Positions 39,302 to 50,414 of a DNA stretch of 64,000 nucleotides are shown in pieces (within the stretch, counting starts at the first letter, position 1; the number at the start of each line of letters is the position of its first letter). Source of the DNA: Candidatus Bathyarchaeia archaeon (GTDB lineage: Archaea > Thermoproteota > Bathyarchaeia > Bathyarchaeales > Bathycorpusculaceae); NCBI GenBank assembly GCA_050108135.1, contig JBNIDQ010000006.1:80758-144757 (forward strand), given 5' to 3'. A program made the position numbers and the translations under genes. Under the pieces are notes generated by a model, which saw nothing but the letters and a program-made list of their open reading frames with translations, did not search any database and was not told the origin of the DNA.

Positions 39302-39423
39302 ACAGCACAAACCCGTGTTTTACGCTGTCTGTAAGCCCTGAGGCAACGCTTTTCTATTACCTACCATATTAACCCCTAAAGACTCCAGCAACTGGTTGAG
39401 TATCAAGAGGGACCGTTTGTCTA

Positions 39424-40719
39424 ATGCGCGTAATTGCTGACCTGCACATTCATGGTCGATATAGTCGAGCTACAAGTAGCCAAATGAACATCACCGAAAT
39501 TGGACGGTACTCAAAAATCAAAGGTTTAAACCTTGTCGGCACAGGTGACTTCACCCAACCCGACTGGTTAAAAGAAATAAAACAAACCCTTGTTCCTGAT
39601 GCAGACTCAGGCTTGTTTAGAATTGTAGGCAACCCTGAATCCCAAACACGCTTCATGCTAACAACAGAAGTCTGCACAATCTTCGATTACAAAGGTGAAT
39701 CAAAAAAGATACACCACGTAATCCTGTCACCAAGCCTTGAAGTCGTTGAGCAAATTAACGAGCGACTTGCACGTTTTGGGGATTTAGCCTCGGACGGCAG
39801 ACCAATTTTGAACATGACTGCACCGCAACTGGTCGAGGAGGTTATGGCTGTTTCGGATTGGAACATGGTTTTTCCTGCTCATGCTTGGACGCCATGGTTT
39901 AGCTTGTTTGGAGCGTTTAGCGGTTTTGACAGCATCGACGACTGTTACCAAGACATGACACGGCACATTCACGCACTCGAGACGGGGCTTTCATCAGACC
40001 CTGCTATGAATTGGCGCCTAAGCAAACTTGACCGTTTCACGTTGCTGTCAAACAGTGATTGTCACAGTTTTTGGCCTTGGCGAATTGGTAGAGAAGCCAA
40101 CGTGTTTGAACTTGAACAATTCACCTACAACCAAATCATTGATGTAATCAAAACCAATGATTCATCAAGGTTAAAGTTCACAATTGAAACTGACCCAGCA
40201 TACGGCAAATACCACTGGACTGGTCACCGCAACTGCAAAACCTCGTATTCACCTCAGGAAGCCATAAAGTTTGGAGGCATCTGTCCAGTTTGCCGACGAA
40301 GACTGACCAAAGGTGTGGAGCAACGTGTGGAAGAACTGGCGGATAGACCAGTCGGTTTTAAACGTGAAGAAGCACCTCGATTCATGCATTTGTTGCCTTT
40401 GTCAGAGATTATTGCTACTGTTTTGGGTGTTGATTCGCCGTCTACTCAGGCTGTTTGGGGTAAGTATTATGCGTTGGTTGGCAAGTTTGGGGATGAATAC
40501 TCTGTGCTTATTGATGCTTCTAAGGAGGCGTTGGCGTCTGTGGTTGACTTGGTGTTGGCTGAGACTATTGTTAAGGCGCGTGCGGGGGCGCTTAAGGTTA
40601 CTCCAGGGTATGATGGGGTTTATGGGCAACTTGTTTTGGATTCGCCGTCTTTGTCGCCGGTTAAGGTTAAGCCTGTTGTTAAACGTGTACAACAGTTGAA
40701 TATGTCTGATTTCTGGTAG
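39424..40719 (+). CDS. Endonuclease Q family (PHP-fold) protein
   Basis: ADLHIHGRYSRATS, GTGDFT, PAHAWTPWFS, ETGLSSDP, SNSDCHS, GKYH..GHR.C and C..C...LTKGV motifs. Confidence 0.88.
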   Translation: MRVIADLHIHGRYSRATSSQMNITEIGRYSKIKGLNLVGTGDFTQPDWLKEIKQTLVPDADSGLFRIVGNPESQTRFMLTTEVCTIFDYKGESKKIHHVILSPSLEVVEQINERLARFGDLASDGRPILNMTAPQLVEEVMAVSDWNMVFPAHAWTPWFSLFGAFSGFDSIDDCYQDMTRHIHALETGLSSDPAMNWRLSKLDRFTLLSNSDCHSFWPWRIGREANVFELEQFTYNQIIDVIKTNDSSRLKFTIETDPAYGKYHWTGHRNCKTSYSPQEAIKFGGICPVCRRRLTKGVEQRVEELADRPVGFKREEAPRFMHLLPLSEIIATVLGVDSPSTQAVWGKYYALVGKFGDEYSVLIDASKEALASVVDLVLAETIVKARAGALKVTPGYDGVYGQLVLDSPSLSPVKVKPVVKRVQQLNMSDFW

Positions 40720-40806
40720 GCATGGATGGGTATGGGAAAATTAGTGTTTTTTTGTTTGACAGTTGATTGAGAAGACTTATTAGTTTGGCGCAGTCGGATT
40801 CTGACA

Positions 40807-41070
40807 ATGAGGGGTATGTGTATGGAAGTCCTAAACCGACAAATTAGTGATTCCATAAACAAAATCATCGACAACGTCTTAACAGAACTGTTTGGAGAAA
40901 AAGGAACCTTCTACATATACAAATACTTAGAAAACAACTACCAACTAACACCAAACCAGTTCAGCGCAAAACTAGACACCTTCTCCAAAGGACTCGAAGA
41001 CTGCCTAAACAGCGGCGCAATCCCCGTACAAACAAGAATTTTGCATGCAATAGGCAACATAGAGGCATAA
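40807..41070 (+). CDS. Small hypothetical protein
   Basis: 87-aa ORF, IDNVL..LFGE.G...IY.YLE helical pattern. Confidence 0.6.
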   Translation: MRGMCMEVLNRQISDSINKIIDNVLTELFGEKGTFYIYKYLENNYQLTPNQFSAKLDTFSKGLEDCLNSGAIPVQTRILHAIGNIEA

Positions 41071-41178
41071 CGCATACCAAGCAACCAACCTCTGTTTTCC
41101 CATTTACTAAACAAAACAATTTAATCCCTGCAAAACTCACTATTAACCTGTTTCTTTAACCAGAAGGTTTGATCACAT

Positions 41179-42564
41179 TTGCAGGAAGTTCTGTCAAAAA
41201 TCATTGAGGCAGCCACACAAAAGCATGGAGCAAACTATGCAGAAACAAGAGCACAAAAGCTCTACAAAACTATGCTGACACTTAAAGAAGGACGAGTAGA
41301 AGCAGCCAAACAAGGAATCGAAAACGGTGTTGCCCTGCGCGTACTCGTCAACGGTGCATGGGGCTTTGCTTCTGTAGGCTCTCTTGAAAACGAAATATTG
41401 TTAAACGCAGTTTCAAATGCCTGTGTTATGGCTAAAACCGCAAGCCAACGACTCAAAAACCCAATTAAACTTGCAGCAACAAAAACCGTACAAGACCACG
41501 TTGAAACAAAAGCGAAAAAAAATCCTTCAGACATAGCAATGGAAGACAAAATCAAAGATGTTTCTGAAATAAACAAAACAATCCAGCGTTATGACGGGAG
41601 AATTAAAAGCTGTACAGTTGACTACTTAGACCTCACAGGCTCCAGCTTTTTTGTTAACAGTGAAGGCACAAGCATCCAGCAAGACAAAATGTACGTTTGG
41701 TCCAGAATCACCGCTACCGCTGAAAGCAAGGGCGTTTTCACTTTTAGCCGTGAAGAAGTCGGCTCCACATTAGGCTACGAAGTATTTGACACCCAAACTC
41801 CACAAATTATTGGGGAAGCAGTGGCAAAACGTGCAGTTGCGCAACTGTCAGCTAAACAGCTTAAAGGCGGTAAAGCCCCCGTGGTGTTAGGTCCAAACGT
41901 GGTTGGCGTGTTTGTTCATGAAGCTTTTGGGCATCTTGCTGAAGCAGATTTGGCTTTGTCAGGCGGAGTACTATTCAATGCAATGGGCAAAAAGATAGGC
42001 TCAGACCTTGTAACCTTTTATGACGATGGCACAGTTACCGGAGCTTTTGGCTCATTCAAATACGATGACGAAGGCGTGCCGGCACAGAAAACGTTGCTAA
42101 TAAAAGACGGCGTGGTTGTGGGGCTTATGCATAACAGGTATACAGCCCACAAATTTAACACTCAACCAACAGGCAACGCAAGGGCAGAAGACTTCCGTGT
42201 GGAACCCATTATTCGTATGCGTAACACGTACATGGCTCCCCGAGACCACAAGTTTGAAGAACTCTTAGAAGGCGTTAAATCAGGTTATTTCTTCAAGAGC
42301 TTTAGGGGTGGCCAAGCTAACCTTGACGGTACATTCCAGGTCGGCATACAAGAAGGCTACGAAATAATTAACGGTGAAATCGGCGCTCCAGTAAGGGATG
42401 CTTCAATAAGTGGTAACACACTTGAAACCCTGCTAAACGTGGACGCGGTCGGTAAAGATTTCGAGATAGATTCCGGAAGATGCGGTAAAGGTCAAACCGC
42501 TTTTATCGGTGACGGTGGACCGCACATTAGAGTAAGTGAGGTGGTTGTTGGTGGCAGTGCTTGA
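41179..42564 (+). CDS. tldD: TldD metalloprotease subunit
   Basis: HEAFGHLAE (HExxGH), YDDEG and IRMRNTY motifs, plus C-terminal CGKGQ. Confidence 0.93.
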   Translation: MQEVLSKIIEAATQKHGANYAETRAQKLYKTMLTLKEGRVEAAKQGIENGVALRVLVNGAWGFASVGSLENEILLNAVSNACVMAKTASQRLKNPIKLAATKTVQDHVETKAKKNPSDIAMEDKIKDVSEINKTIQRYDGRIKSCTVDYLDLTGSSFFVNSEGTSIQQDKMYVWSRITATAESKGVFTFSREEVGSTLGYEVFDTQTPQIIGEAVAKRAVAQLSAKQLKGGKAPVVLGPNVVGVFVHEAFGHLAEADLALSGGVLFNAMGKKIGSDLVTFYDDGTVTGAFGSFKYDDEGVPAQKTLLIKDGVVVGLMHNRYTAHKFNTQPTGNARAEDFRVEPIIRMRNTYMAPRDHKFEELLEGVKSGYFFKSFRGGQANLDGTFQVGIQEGYEIINGEIGAPVRDASISGNTLETLLNVDAVGKDFEIDSGRCGKGQTAFIGDGGPHIRVSEVVVGGSA

Positions 42565-43918
42565 AAAAAATGAAATGTTAACATTAGCAGAAAAAACCGT
42601 TAAAGCTGCGGTTGTGAAAGGTGCCTCTGAAGCTGAAGCCTACGTTTACGAAGGACAGGCTTCCAACATCGGCATTGAACTTGGACAAGTAAACAAGACA
42701 AACCAAATTATCGACAGAGGCGTTGGCATCCGAGTCGTTGTTAACAAGGCAGTAGGATTTGCTTACACCAACATTGTAAATGACCCAAACGCTATAGAAA
42801 AAATCGTTGACAGCGCCTTGGGCGCGGCGAAAGCCAGCAAGCCTGACGCGGACTGGAAAGGCTTCACACAAAAGAAACCATACGTTTCCGTTTTGGATAA
42901 CACCTTTGACAGCAAAGTCTTGGAAATTGGCTCTGACGAATTAGTTAACATGTCTCAGACGATGATTGACTCTGCAAGCCAAGTTGACAAGAAAGTGTTG
43001 GCTGCTGAAGGCGGCATAGGGAACGCTTACATCGCCAACGCAGTCGCCAACTCAAACGGCGTCTTAGGTTTCGACAAGGGCACCGTTATCGAATGCAGCC
43101 TCGCCACGTTAGCCAAAGATGGCAACAAGGTCACGCCAATTTGTTTTGAGTTTAACGTTGCAAGAAACTACAAGATTGACCCAGCATGGGTTGGAAGAGA
43201 AGCCGCAAAACTTTCCGTTTCAGCACTAAAAACAAAACCAATAGAAACCAAAACCACTAAACTGATTTTGACACAGTTTGCCCTACAAGACCTGCTTGCC
43301 TACACACTGATTAACGCGGTAAGAGCTGATAGCGTGCAACGGGGGCAGTCACCGTTTAAGGGAAAAATCGGCGAAAAAGTTGCTTCAGAAAATCTCACCA
43401 TTTATGATGACGGCTTATACCCCGGCGGCATGAGAACATGGCTCTTTGACGGCGAAGGTGTACCCCACAGGAAAACCCCGATAATCGAGAAGGGTGTTCT
43501 TAAAAACTTCATTTACGACAATTACACTGCCAAAAAGGAAGGCAAAGAAAGCACAGGCAACGCTTCAAGAGCAGGCTACTTGTCCACGCCAGGCATTGAC
43601 ACAACAAACTTCCATATCCTGCCCGGAACAACTTCAGCGGATGACATGGTACGGCAGGTTGACGACGGTTTACTGGTCTATTACCTGCAAGGCGCCCACA
43701 GCAGCAACCCAGTCAGCGGCGAATTCTCAGTCGTAGCAACACCCGCATGGAAAATCAAAAAAGGCGAAATAGACCACGCTTCACGAGGCGTCATGCTTGC
43801 AGGCAACATTTTTGAAGTTCTAAAAAACATCACAGTTGTCGGCAGCAACGAGCGTCAAGTAGGCGGTTTGATTTCTCCTTGGATTGAAGTGGAAAATGTC
43901 CGAGTAATCGGCAAATAG
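42536..43918 (+). CDS. pmbA: PmbA/TldE subunit
   Basis: Adjacent to tldD, FDGEG motif, no HExx[10 protein letters not shown] and AGNIFEVL motifs. Confidence 0.9.
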   Translation: MRWLLVAVLEKNEMLTLAEKTVKAAVVKGASEAEAYVYEGQASNIGIELGQVNKTNQIIDRGVGIRVVVNKAVGFAYTNIVNDPNAIEKIVDSALGAAKASKPDADWKGFTQKKPYVSVLDNTFDSKVLEIGSDELVNMSQTMIDSASQVDKKVLAAEGGIGNAYIANAVANSNGVLGFDKGTVIECSLATLAKDGNKVTPICFEFNVARNYKIDPAWVGREAAKLSVSALKTKPIETKTTKLILTQFALQDLLAYTLINAVRADSVQRGQSPFKGKIGEKVASENLTIYDDGLYPGGMRTWLFDGEGVPHRKTPIIEKGVLKNFIYDNYTAKKEGKESTGNASRAGYLSTPGIDTTNFHILPGTTSADDMVRQVDDGLLVYYLQGAHSSNPVSGEFSVVATPAWKIKKGEIDHASRGVMLAGNIFEVLKNITVVGSNERQVGGLISPWIEVENVRVIGK

Positions 43919-43948
43919 TTTCCTCCACATTTTTAGAAAAATAAAGGG

Positions 43949-46063
43949 TTAGGTTGTTTTGATGGTGACTTTCCACGAGTCGCCCAGGTCAGTGTATGTG
44001 TAGGTTTTTTGGCTGCCGTTAATGAAAACGCTTAACGTTGAAATGTTTGGTAGGCTGTTTTTGTTGATTGTTGCTTCTATTTGGTTTGGTCCGTTTTTGA
44101 TTATGGTTATATTTAGTTGGCTTGTGGCTTGGCGGAAGGTGACTTCGGTTACGGTTACGTTGGCGCTTACCTGTATTGCCTGTTGCATTGGTGCCGAACT
44201 TGGCGTCGGTGTTGGCGAAGGCGTTGGAGTCGGTGTAACTGTTGGGGTTGGTGTGGGTTGCGGTGAAGTTTCAGGGTCAATGTAGGCTGTGTTAACGCGG
44301 ACGCAGTCAACATAAACTGTTGCGCCTGATTCGGAGTACGAGATGCCTGTGCACAAAGTGTTCGTGTTTCCAACGTGAGGACGGTTAGCATCAACTTTTA
44401 AGGCTCCATCTATCCAGAGTCGACTACGCTGGTTAGCAGTGTCTCGACAAATTTCTACATTATAGTATATGCCTGTTTGTGGGTTGCTTGGGGTGGCTTC
44501 TCTATCCCAGTAAAAGGCTCCGTTAACAACCGATACCGTACCCCAATAGTATTGCCCGTTACTGTTGTAGATGAATGGGTCCAGAGTGTTTTGGGAGTTA
44601 GCGTTTTGGAGACTGCCCAAATACAGGTAACTACCGGGAGCTGGTAAAGACGCTATTTTGACTAGTTGTCGATAGTACGCTACAGGTGTAGCTGTGAAGG
44701 TTTTGTATGCCCAGCCTTCACTGGCTGAGCCTGACGAGAATTTAGCATTGTAAATGCCGTGATGCGGATTGCTTTTTTCTACTATTTCTGAATGTGTGCC
44801 TGCACCGCTGGTGCTTTGGTATTCGTTAAAGCTGCCGGTTTCAAAGTCTGCCTTGAAAAGTTCCTGTGCAGGTACTGTTGGGGTTGGCTGAGTTGTTGGC
44901 GTGGGTGTTGGTTGAACGGTTTTTTCTGTTATTGCAAACGTTTTGCTTGGACCGTTAGAGCCGAAAACGATGCCTTTGGGGTTGTAGGTTAACATGTTGG
45001 TGTGGTGGAGGTTTTGGGTTACGTAGTCCTCTTTGATTATTTCCCAGTTTACGCCGTCTCTGCTTGCAACCACACGTGTGGTGCCGTCATAGAATTCGGT
45101 GGTTGACGAGAAAATCATGGTGTTGCCCAGCCAAACTGCGGAGATTACTGGACAGTTGCTGTCTGAGGGAAACGTGTAAACTGTTTGCGGTTTGAAAACT
45201 GTGTCTGCGCCTGTGTCGTAGAAGCGGTCTATCCAGTTTGGTCGGTAAGCTTGGTCCGTTCCTAAATAAACCCAGTTGCCGTCAAACAGCAATGGCAAAT
45301 AAATGGTGTTACCGTACTCTTCGCTTTCGGTTGTTCTGTCCACGATTACTGTCCAGGTTTGTCCAAGGTCTTTACTTCTGTAAACACGTTCACGGTCCGC
45401 ATTATTGTATCCAGGTGTCCATTCCCCTGTTAATGCGTAGAGGTAACCGTTTGCAGGATTAAACTTGACGTTATGATAATGAATCGTGGCAGCTTGTTCA
45501 ATAACCCGCCAAGATGTGCCGCCGTTGGTGCTTTTCAGTAAAGCTGGCAGATTGGGGTAGATGCTGTTGCCATAGCTTGCAGTGTAAAGGTTTCCCTGTG
45601 AATCCTCAGTGACTGCTATGTAGAAGCCGTCGTTTTGTGTGCCGTTTGTGTTAAGAACTGTTGTAAAGCTTGCGCCATAATTGGTACTGCGGTACAGGCG
45701 GTTGGTACAGGGAATTGAGACAAAAAGGTTGTTTCTTGAATCAACAAAAATCGTCCACATATACCCTGTAACCATAGTTGCGGGGTTATTAGGTTTAGGG
45801 AACTGGTAAATCAGCCTAAATGTGGCGCCGTAATCGTCGCTACGGTAAAGGTTGTAGTTGATGTCGCCTGCAAACAGAGTGCCATTTGGCGCAAAATAGG
45901 ATGAAAACATTTGACCTGGAAAACTTGAAACAGGCGATATTTGCAATTCATCACTTATAGAGGCGCCTGCCTGCAAGTTAAAAATCAATAATGAACAAAA
46001 AAGTATGGTGAGGATTGAAACGGTAACGATGCTTCTTACTTTTATGTTTTCACCTCCAAACAA
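43949..46063 (-). CDS. Modular secreted protein: BNR/Asp-box propeller, Pro-Thr linkers and a lectin-like domain
   Basis: Signal peptide, S.D.G.TF/W Asp boxes (RSDDYGATF, RSTNYGASF, KSTNGGTSW, RSKDLGQTW), two PT linkers, and an ADFETG...LWIDG beta-sandwich. Confidence 0.75.
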   Translation of the reverse strand: MFGGENIKVRSIVTVSILTILFCSLLIFNLQAGASISDELQISPVSSFPGQMFSSYFAPNGTLFAGDINYNLYRSDDYGATFRLIYQFPKPNNPATMVTGYMWTIFVDSRNNLFVSIPCTNRLYRSTNYGASFTTVLNTNGTQNDGFYIAVTEDSQGNLYTASYGNSIYPNLPALLKSTNGGTSWRVIEQAATIHYHNVKFNPANGYLYALTGEWTPGYNNADRERVYRSKDLGQTWTVIVDRTTESEEYGNTIYLPLLFDGNWVYLGTDQAYRPNWIDRFYDTGADTVFKPQTVYTFPSDSNCPVISAVWLGNTMIFSSTTEFYDGTTRVVASRDGVNWEIIKEDYVTQNLHHTNMLTYNPKGIVFGSNGPSKTFAITEKTVQPTPTPTTQPTPTVPAQELFKADFETGSFNEYQSTSGAGTHSEIVEKSNPHHGIYNAKFSSGSASEGWAYKTFTATPVAYYRQLVKIASLPAPGSYLYLGSLQNANSQNTLDPFIYNSNGQYYWGTVSVVNGAFYWDREATPSNPQTGIYYNVEICRDTANQRSRLWIDGALKVDANRPHVGNTNTLCTGISYSESGATVYVDCVRVNTAYIDPETSPQPTPTPTVTPTPTPSPTPTPSSAPMQQAIQVSANVTVTEVTFRQATSQLNITIIKNGPNQIEATINKNSLPNISTLSVFINGSQKTYTYTDLGDSWKVTIKTT

Positions 46064-46275
46064 AAGCTCCGCTAAGAGAAGCTATCCTGTTAAGAACTCA
46101 AGCATCACTTTGTTTCTTTGAATTGTTAACAACTGGTGATGCAGTTTTTGAGTGCTTAAAACTTTGCTGGAACGGTGTACCCGTTTATCTTCATTTTAGC
46201 TAGTATTTGCTTAAAGTAAAAGAGGGATATAGTTCTTTTTACGAGCCAGAACTGCCTCCACTGAATGGGTAAAGG

Positions 46276-47484
46276 TTAAGCCCAAAAACTTTTCGAGTAC
46301 TCGCCCAACACGCCCTCGTAGATGCGTTTGGTTTGCTGAGCGATTTCTGCCCAATCATACTTCTCCAAAACTGTGCGGTAAGCGTTTTCACGGATTTTAG
46401 ATGCGTAAGCAGAGTCAAGTAGCAACTTGTTTATTCCCCAAGCCAATGATTCTGGATTGTTAGGGTAAACCTTCACGCCTGTAACGTCATGCTCAACGAT
46501 TTCTGAGAGACCGCCTGTGTCTGATACAACCACGGGGCTTTTAGCCGCCATCGCTTCTAACGCTACAATGCCAAAGGGTTCAAACAGGCTGGGCACAACG
46601 GAAACGTCCGCTACTTTTTGAAGTTTTATCAGGCTATCCTCATCCATGAAGCCTTCAAAATGCACTTTATGCTCTAACCCCATGCTGCGAACAATGTTTA
46701 ACAGTTGCTCTTTCATGTAGCCGCTGCCCACGATTATGAATTTGGCGTTAACTTTGCTTAAGATTTTAGGAACCGCATTAATTAGAATGTGAATACCCTT
46801 CTCGTACACTAGCCTGCCAACGTAAAGCACGATTTTTTCGTCTGGCAAAGCGAAACGGTTTCGGAAAGCTTTCATGTCGCTGTTGGCTTCGTCGTAACTT
46901 TTTGTGTTAACACCGTTTGGAACCATGACTAGTTTGTCACTGGGTAACCCGAAAGCCCACTTTACATGTTGAATCATGTAGTCACTGCAACAGATGACTT
47001 TCCATGCTTCATAGTTAAGCCAGGCTTCGGTTTCATGAATCATCTTCTCTGTTGTCGTGTGGGTGCCGTCACGGCGTCCCATTTCCGTGGAGTGCATGGT
47101 TACCAGCAGAGGTTTTCTGAAGATGTGTTTAAGCCCAATGCCCGCGTTTGCAACCAGCCAGTCGTGTGCGTGAAAAACGTCGATTTTGTCGCCGAGTTTG
47201 CGCATTATTGCCGCGGTTTCTTTTTGCATGTTTAGGTTCATCAGGTAAACCCAAGTGGCAAAATCTGGTGCTGGAGTCTTGTAGCTGTCCATGCGGTAAA
47301 CTTCTACGCCGTCAACTGTGGTTTCGTGTGCTGGGGCGCCTGGGAAATCGCAGGTTGCAACGTAAACTTTTACGCCTTGTTGGGCTAAGCTTTTGGATAG
47401 GTAGTAAATGTGTGGTGAAATGCCGCCGATTACTCTTGGCGGGTACTCCCACGTTAGCATCATAACGCTTAATTCGTGCTTCAA
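46276..47484 (-). CDS. GT4 glycosyltransferase
   Basis: WEYPP..IGG, HAHDW, VPNGV, VGRLVYEKG and EPFGIVALEAMA motifs. Confidence 0.95.
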   Translation of the reverse strand: MKHELSVMMLTWEYPPRVIGGISPHIYYLSKSLAQQGVKVYVATCDFPGAPAHETTVDGVEVYRMDSYKTPAPDFATWVYLMNLNMQKETAAIMRKLGDKIDVFHAHDWLVANAGIGLKHIFRKPLLVTMHSTEMGRRDGTHTTTEKMIHETEAWLNYEAWKVICCSDYMIQHVKWAFGLPSDKLVMVPNGVNTKSYDEANSDMKAFRNRFALPDEKIVLYVGRLVYEKGIHILINAVPKILSKVNAKFIIVGSGYMKEQLLNIVRSMGLEHKVHFEGFMDEDSLIKLQKVADVSVVPSLFEPFGIVALEAMAAKSPVVVSDTGGLSEIVEHDVTGVKVYPNNPESLAWGINKLLLDSAYASKIRENAYRTVLEKYDWAEIAQQTKRIYEGVLGEYSKSFWA

Positions 47485-47485
47485 G

Positions 47486-48100
47486 TTATGCGCCTCCTAC
47501 AGCATGATATGTTTTAAGAACGCTTTTCATCCACTTTTCAGGCTCAGTTGAGATAACACTGATTTTTTCTTTAGGCACATTATATATGCGGACGATTTCT
47601 TCTTTCATCCATTCCGATTTTACGTTGATACAGTTTGACTCGTAGCAGCCCAGCCACTCGATGCTTTTTATTGCCATGTTGTATGGCGAGTTTGAGGAAA
47701 GCGAGCGGTGGTCTTCTAAGCTTTCTACTGAGTAAACAAAGGGTATTCCAAGACCGTTTTTAAGGGCAACAGCGGCTGGAACAAAATGCCAATCAAACAC
47801 GTCTATTAAGTCAATTTTCTTTTTTGAATCATAATAAATGTTAGCGGCGGCTCGTTCTACTTCTTGATTGAGCGTTAGAACCCATGTTAGGACGCCGATG
47901 TGGGTTTTAACTGGGTTGGACACGCGGAAAGCCTTTACGCCTGAAGCTTCCAGAGTTTGACCTGTTAAATAATCGTGATATGTTACAACGTTTGTGTCGA
48001 TTTTGTTTTTTACAAGATTTGTAGATAGCGCGCTAACGTATTCAGCAAGTTTCCCTACAACCCTAGGCGGATACTCCCAAGAAAACAGTATTACGCGCAT
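47486..48100 (-). CDS. Stand-alone GT4 N-terminal domain protein
   Basis: WEYPP.VVG and DVFDW (HDW-like) motifs; paralogous to the N-half of the neighbour; no C-terminal donor-binding domain. Confidence 0.8.
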   Translation of the reverse strand: MRVILFSWEYPPRVVGKLAEYVSALSTNLVKNKIDTNVVTYHDYLTGQTLEASGVKAFRVSNPVKTHIGVLTWVLTLNQEVERAAANIYYDSKKKIDLIDVFDWHFVPAAVALKNGLGIPFVYSVESLEDHRSLSSNSPYNMAIKSIEWLGCYESNCINVKSEWMKEEIVRIYNVPKEKISVISTEPEKWMKSVLKTYHAVGGA

Positions 48101-48112
48101 GGTTTGGTCACT

Positions 48113-48364
48113 TTATGTAAAGAGTGAGCAGACTTTGATTATTCCTCTTCCGTTTAGGTAATAGCGTTTTTTGCCTTCGTTGTCAACAAAGCTTTCCGCG
48201 AAACCTTCAGACTTGTACTTGTCAAGGATGCTTTCAATCTCGTTAGGGTCTTTCTGCAGGATTCTTGCGACTTCGTCACTGCGCCTTGAAAGGTCAGCTG
48301 CGGTTGCACACAAGTTGTGGAGAGTCTGCAGAACCTTGTCTGGGAATGGAAGTTCTTCTCTCAT
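48113..48364 (-). CDS. Small winged-helix-like hypothetical protein
   Basis: 83 aa with the pattern ...EVARIL...EIESILDKY..EG......YYL...G. Confidence 0.6.
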   Translation of the reverse strand: MREELPFPDKVLQTLHNLCATAADLSRRSDEVARILQKDPNEIESILDKYKSEGFAESFVDNEGKKRYYLNGRGIIKVCSLFT

Positions 48365-48424
48365 AACGTGACCTCAAATTCACTTAAAATAAGGAAAAGG
48401 GGTTCTTATAAACACATGCGCGTG

Positions 48425-49972
48425 TTAGAATTGCCTGGTAGCTTCCTGAGCTTTGTCTGAAAGAGTTTTGTAACGGCTCTTTGCAGCAGCAACAAGTGCG
48501 CGTCTTAGGGTTTCTTTCTTTTTCTTTGAAGCAGCGGTTTCACGGATTTTTGCGGCTAACTCTTCATCTTTAAGGGAATATTTAATCCAGTTCTCAAAAT
48601 CGCCAGTGCCCACGTGATACTCAAGGGCTTCCGCATCCACTGTTTGAACGGCTTTAATGAATCCGTACAGGCTCCAAGCCATAACCCCTGTGTAGTATTC
48701 TTTGCCTGTGCCCGTGTAGAAAAGGAACGGTTCATTAGCAGTTAAAATCGCACCTCGCAGGCGTGATTCAAAATCGTTAAGCAGTGTTTGAGCAACCGCG
48801 AAAGCATCCATCGGCGACTCGTAAGGGCTAAAGTATGAATGAACTTCGCCTGGTCCTCCGCCTGCAGTGAACATGTAATATAGGTGGTCGCTTGTTTGGA
48901 AGTCTCGCCAAAGCCGCAGCCATTCAGGGTCTTCTGACTCTTTCGCTAAAGGTTCCAGTCGCCGCAGTGAAGTGTAATATGCCCACTGCATAACGTTGCC
49001 AAGCCAACCTGTCGAGTCACGTGCAACATCCGCCCAAGACACAGTAAATTCGGTTTCGGGAACATCAATCTCTCCTGCTGAAGCATGCCGGTCAACCGCC
49101 TCGCTTGGCGTAACCATTTTCAGGTTGTCGTATTCAAGCAGTTTTTCAGGCATGTGCCGCAAGAAATTGTGGATTCCCGTTTCTGGCCAATGGTGCTCCC
49201 CGAAAGTTTCGTAGTCGGGGAAGATGTTGATGACTTCGCCTTTTGTGCCTGCAAGCCAACTGGCGTATTTTTCGGAGGTTAAGGGCCAATCAGGCCACCA
49301 GCGTGCGCTGAAACGGAAACCAATATCGTCTGTTAATTTGTAGTTGCGAAGCAGCGTTCGGATTTTTTTGCAGCCTTTTGGCGTGTACAGGAAGTTGGGA
49401 GATTTTCCGCCGAGAATTTTTTCTACGCCTTCAGTGTAAATGCCCTTGTAACCCATTTCTTCAACGGTTTTGGCGATGGTGTTGTTGTAGAGCAATTCAG
49501 TGTTTTCAAAAACGCTTGGAGTATAGCCGAGTAGGTCTTGGATTAGTTGGCGGTGCATTTTTACTTGTTCAATGAATTCGGTTTTGTCAGGGTAAAGGCT
49601 GGCGATTGAGTGGTAATAGGTTTGGTCAAGAAACTCTACTTTGCCTGTTTTTGCAAGCTGCTTAAAGGTTTCAAGTAGGTCCTTGTCGAACATTTCGCAT
49701 TGTTCCAAAAACACGCCAGAGAGGCTGAAGGCAACTTTGACTGGTTTGCGTTCGTGACTGTGTCGGTCGATGAGGTCAAGCAGGATTTGGTTTGAAGGGA
49801 AATAGCATTTGCGGGCGGCACGCTTGAAAATTTCCCGGTCACCCTCGTTATCGAAGTAGTAATCGAAAAGTTCTTTTTTGGTTAAGCGTTTGAAGATTTT
49901 GCCTTCCCAAAACAAGCTTCGTCGTAGCCGATGCGGCTGGTGAACCTCAAAAGTAAACACGACATCAGTCAT
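48425..49972 (-). CDS. GH57 alpha-amylase-like glycoside hydrolase with a C-terminal DUF5752-like domain
   Basis: FEVHQP, TYYHS, ENTEL (nucleophile), DYETFGEH, SWAD and QTSDHLYYM motifs; C-terminal YHVGTGDFENWI. Confidence 0.92.
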   Translation of the reverse strand: MTDVVFTFEVHQPHRLRRSLFWEGKIFKRLTKKELFDYYFDNEGDREIFKRAARKCYFPSNQILLDLIDRHSHERKPVKVAFSLSGVFLEQCEMFDKDLLETFKQLAKTGKVEFLDQTYYHSIASLYPDKTEFIEQVKMHRQLIQDLLGYTPSVFENTELLYNNTIAKTVEEMGYKGIYTEGVEKILGGKSPNFLYTPKGCKKIRTLLRNYKLTDDIGFRFSARWWPDWPLTSEKYASWLAGTKGEVINIFPDYETFGEHHWPETGIHNFLRHMPEKLLEYDNLKMVTPSEAVDRHASAGEIDVPETEFTVSWADVARDSTGWLGNVMQWAYYTSLRRLEPLAKESEDPEWLRLWRDFQTSDHLYYMFTAGGGPGEVHSYFSPYESPMDAFAVAQTLLNDFESRLRGAILTANEPFLFYTGTGKEYYTGVMAWSLYGFIKAVQTVDAEALEYHVGTGDFENWIKYSLKDEELAAKIRETAASKKKKETLRRALVAAAKSRYKTLSDKAQEATRQF

Positions 49973-50085
49973 AACAATACCCTACAATGTAGAATACTGG
50001 GTTGCTGGTTTATTTGTAATTTGCCATCAAACAAACAAAGTTAACAGACTAAAATTCTTTGAAAATAAAAAAAGAAGAGGGCTGG

Positions 50086-50414
50086 TTATATCCAGTAGTG
50101 CGCAACAATGTTTGTGTTTGAATTTATCAGTCTACTATCACCGTTCCCTAAACCATCACTAAAATAGGAAAGCACCCAATAATCAAAAGGTGTCTGCACC
50201 GACACAGTATGATACCCAGCAGTCACACTAACAGGCCAAGACGCAGAATACGGAACACCATCAATATAAACCGTAGGACCCAACCACTGGTAAGAGTAAT
50301 CATCATACGCTGAAACAGTCAACGTATAAGAAGGCGGCGGCTGAGTCTGAATAGTTACACTTTTTGGACTTGATGAAAAAGGATTAATGAAAAGAGTTTA
50401 GACTTAAATTTCAT
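50086..50414 (-). pseudogene. Probable remnant of a secreted protein (frameshift or deletion)
   Basis: ATG at 50414 gives MKFKSKLFSLILF out of frame with a downstream PPPSYTLTVSAY...HYWI beta domain. The frames meet at a T5 run (50376-50380). Confidence 0.45.

Noticed and set aside
44195-44270. GTTGGC/GGTGTT-type short repeats
   Set aside because: They are explained by the Pro-Thr linker of the 43949-46063 protein.
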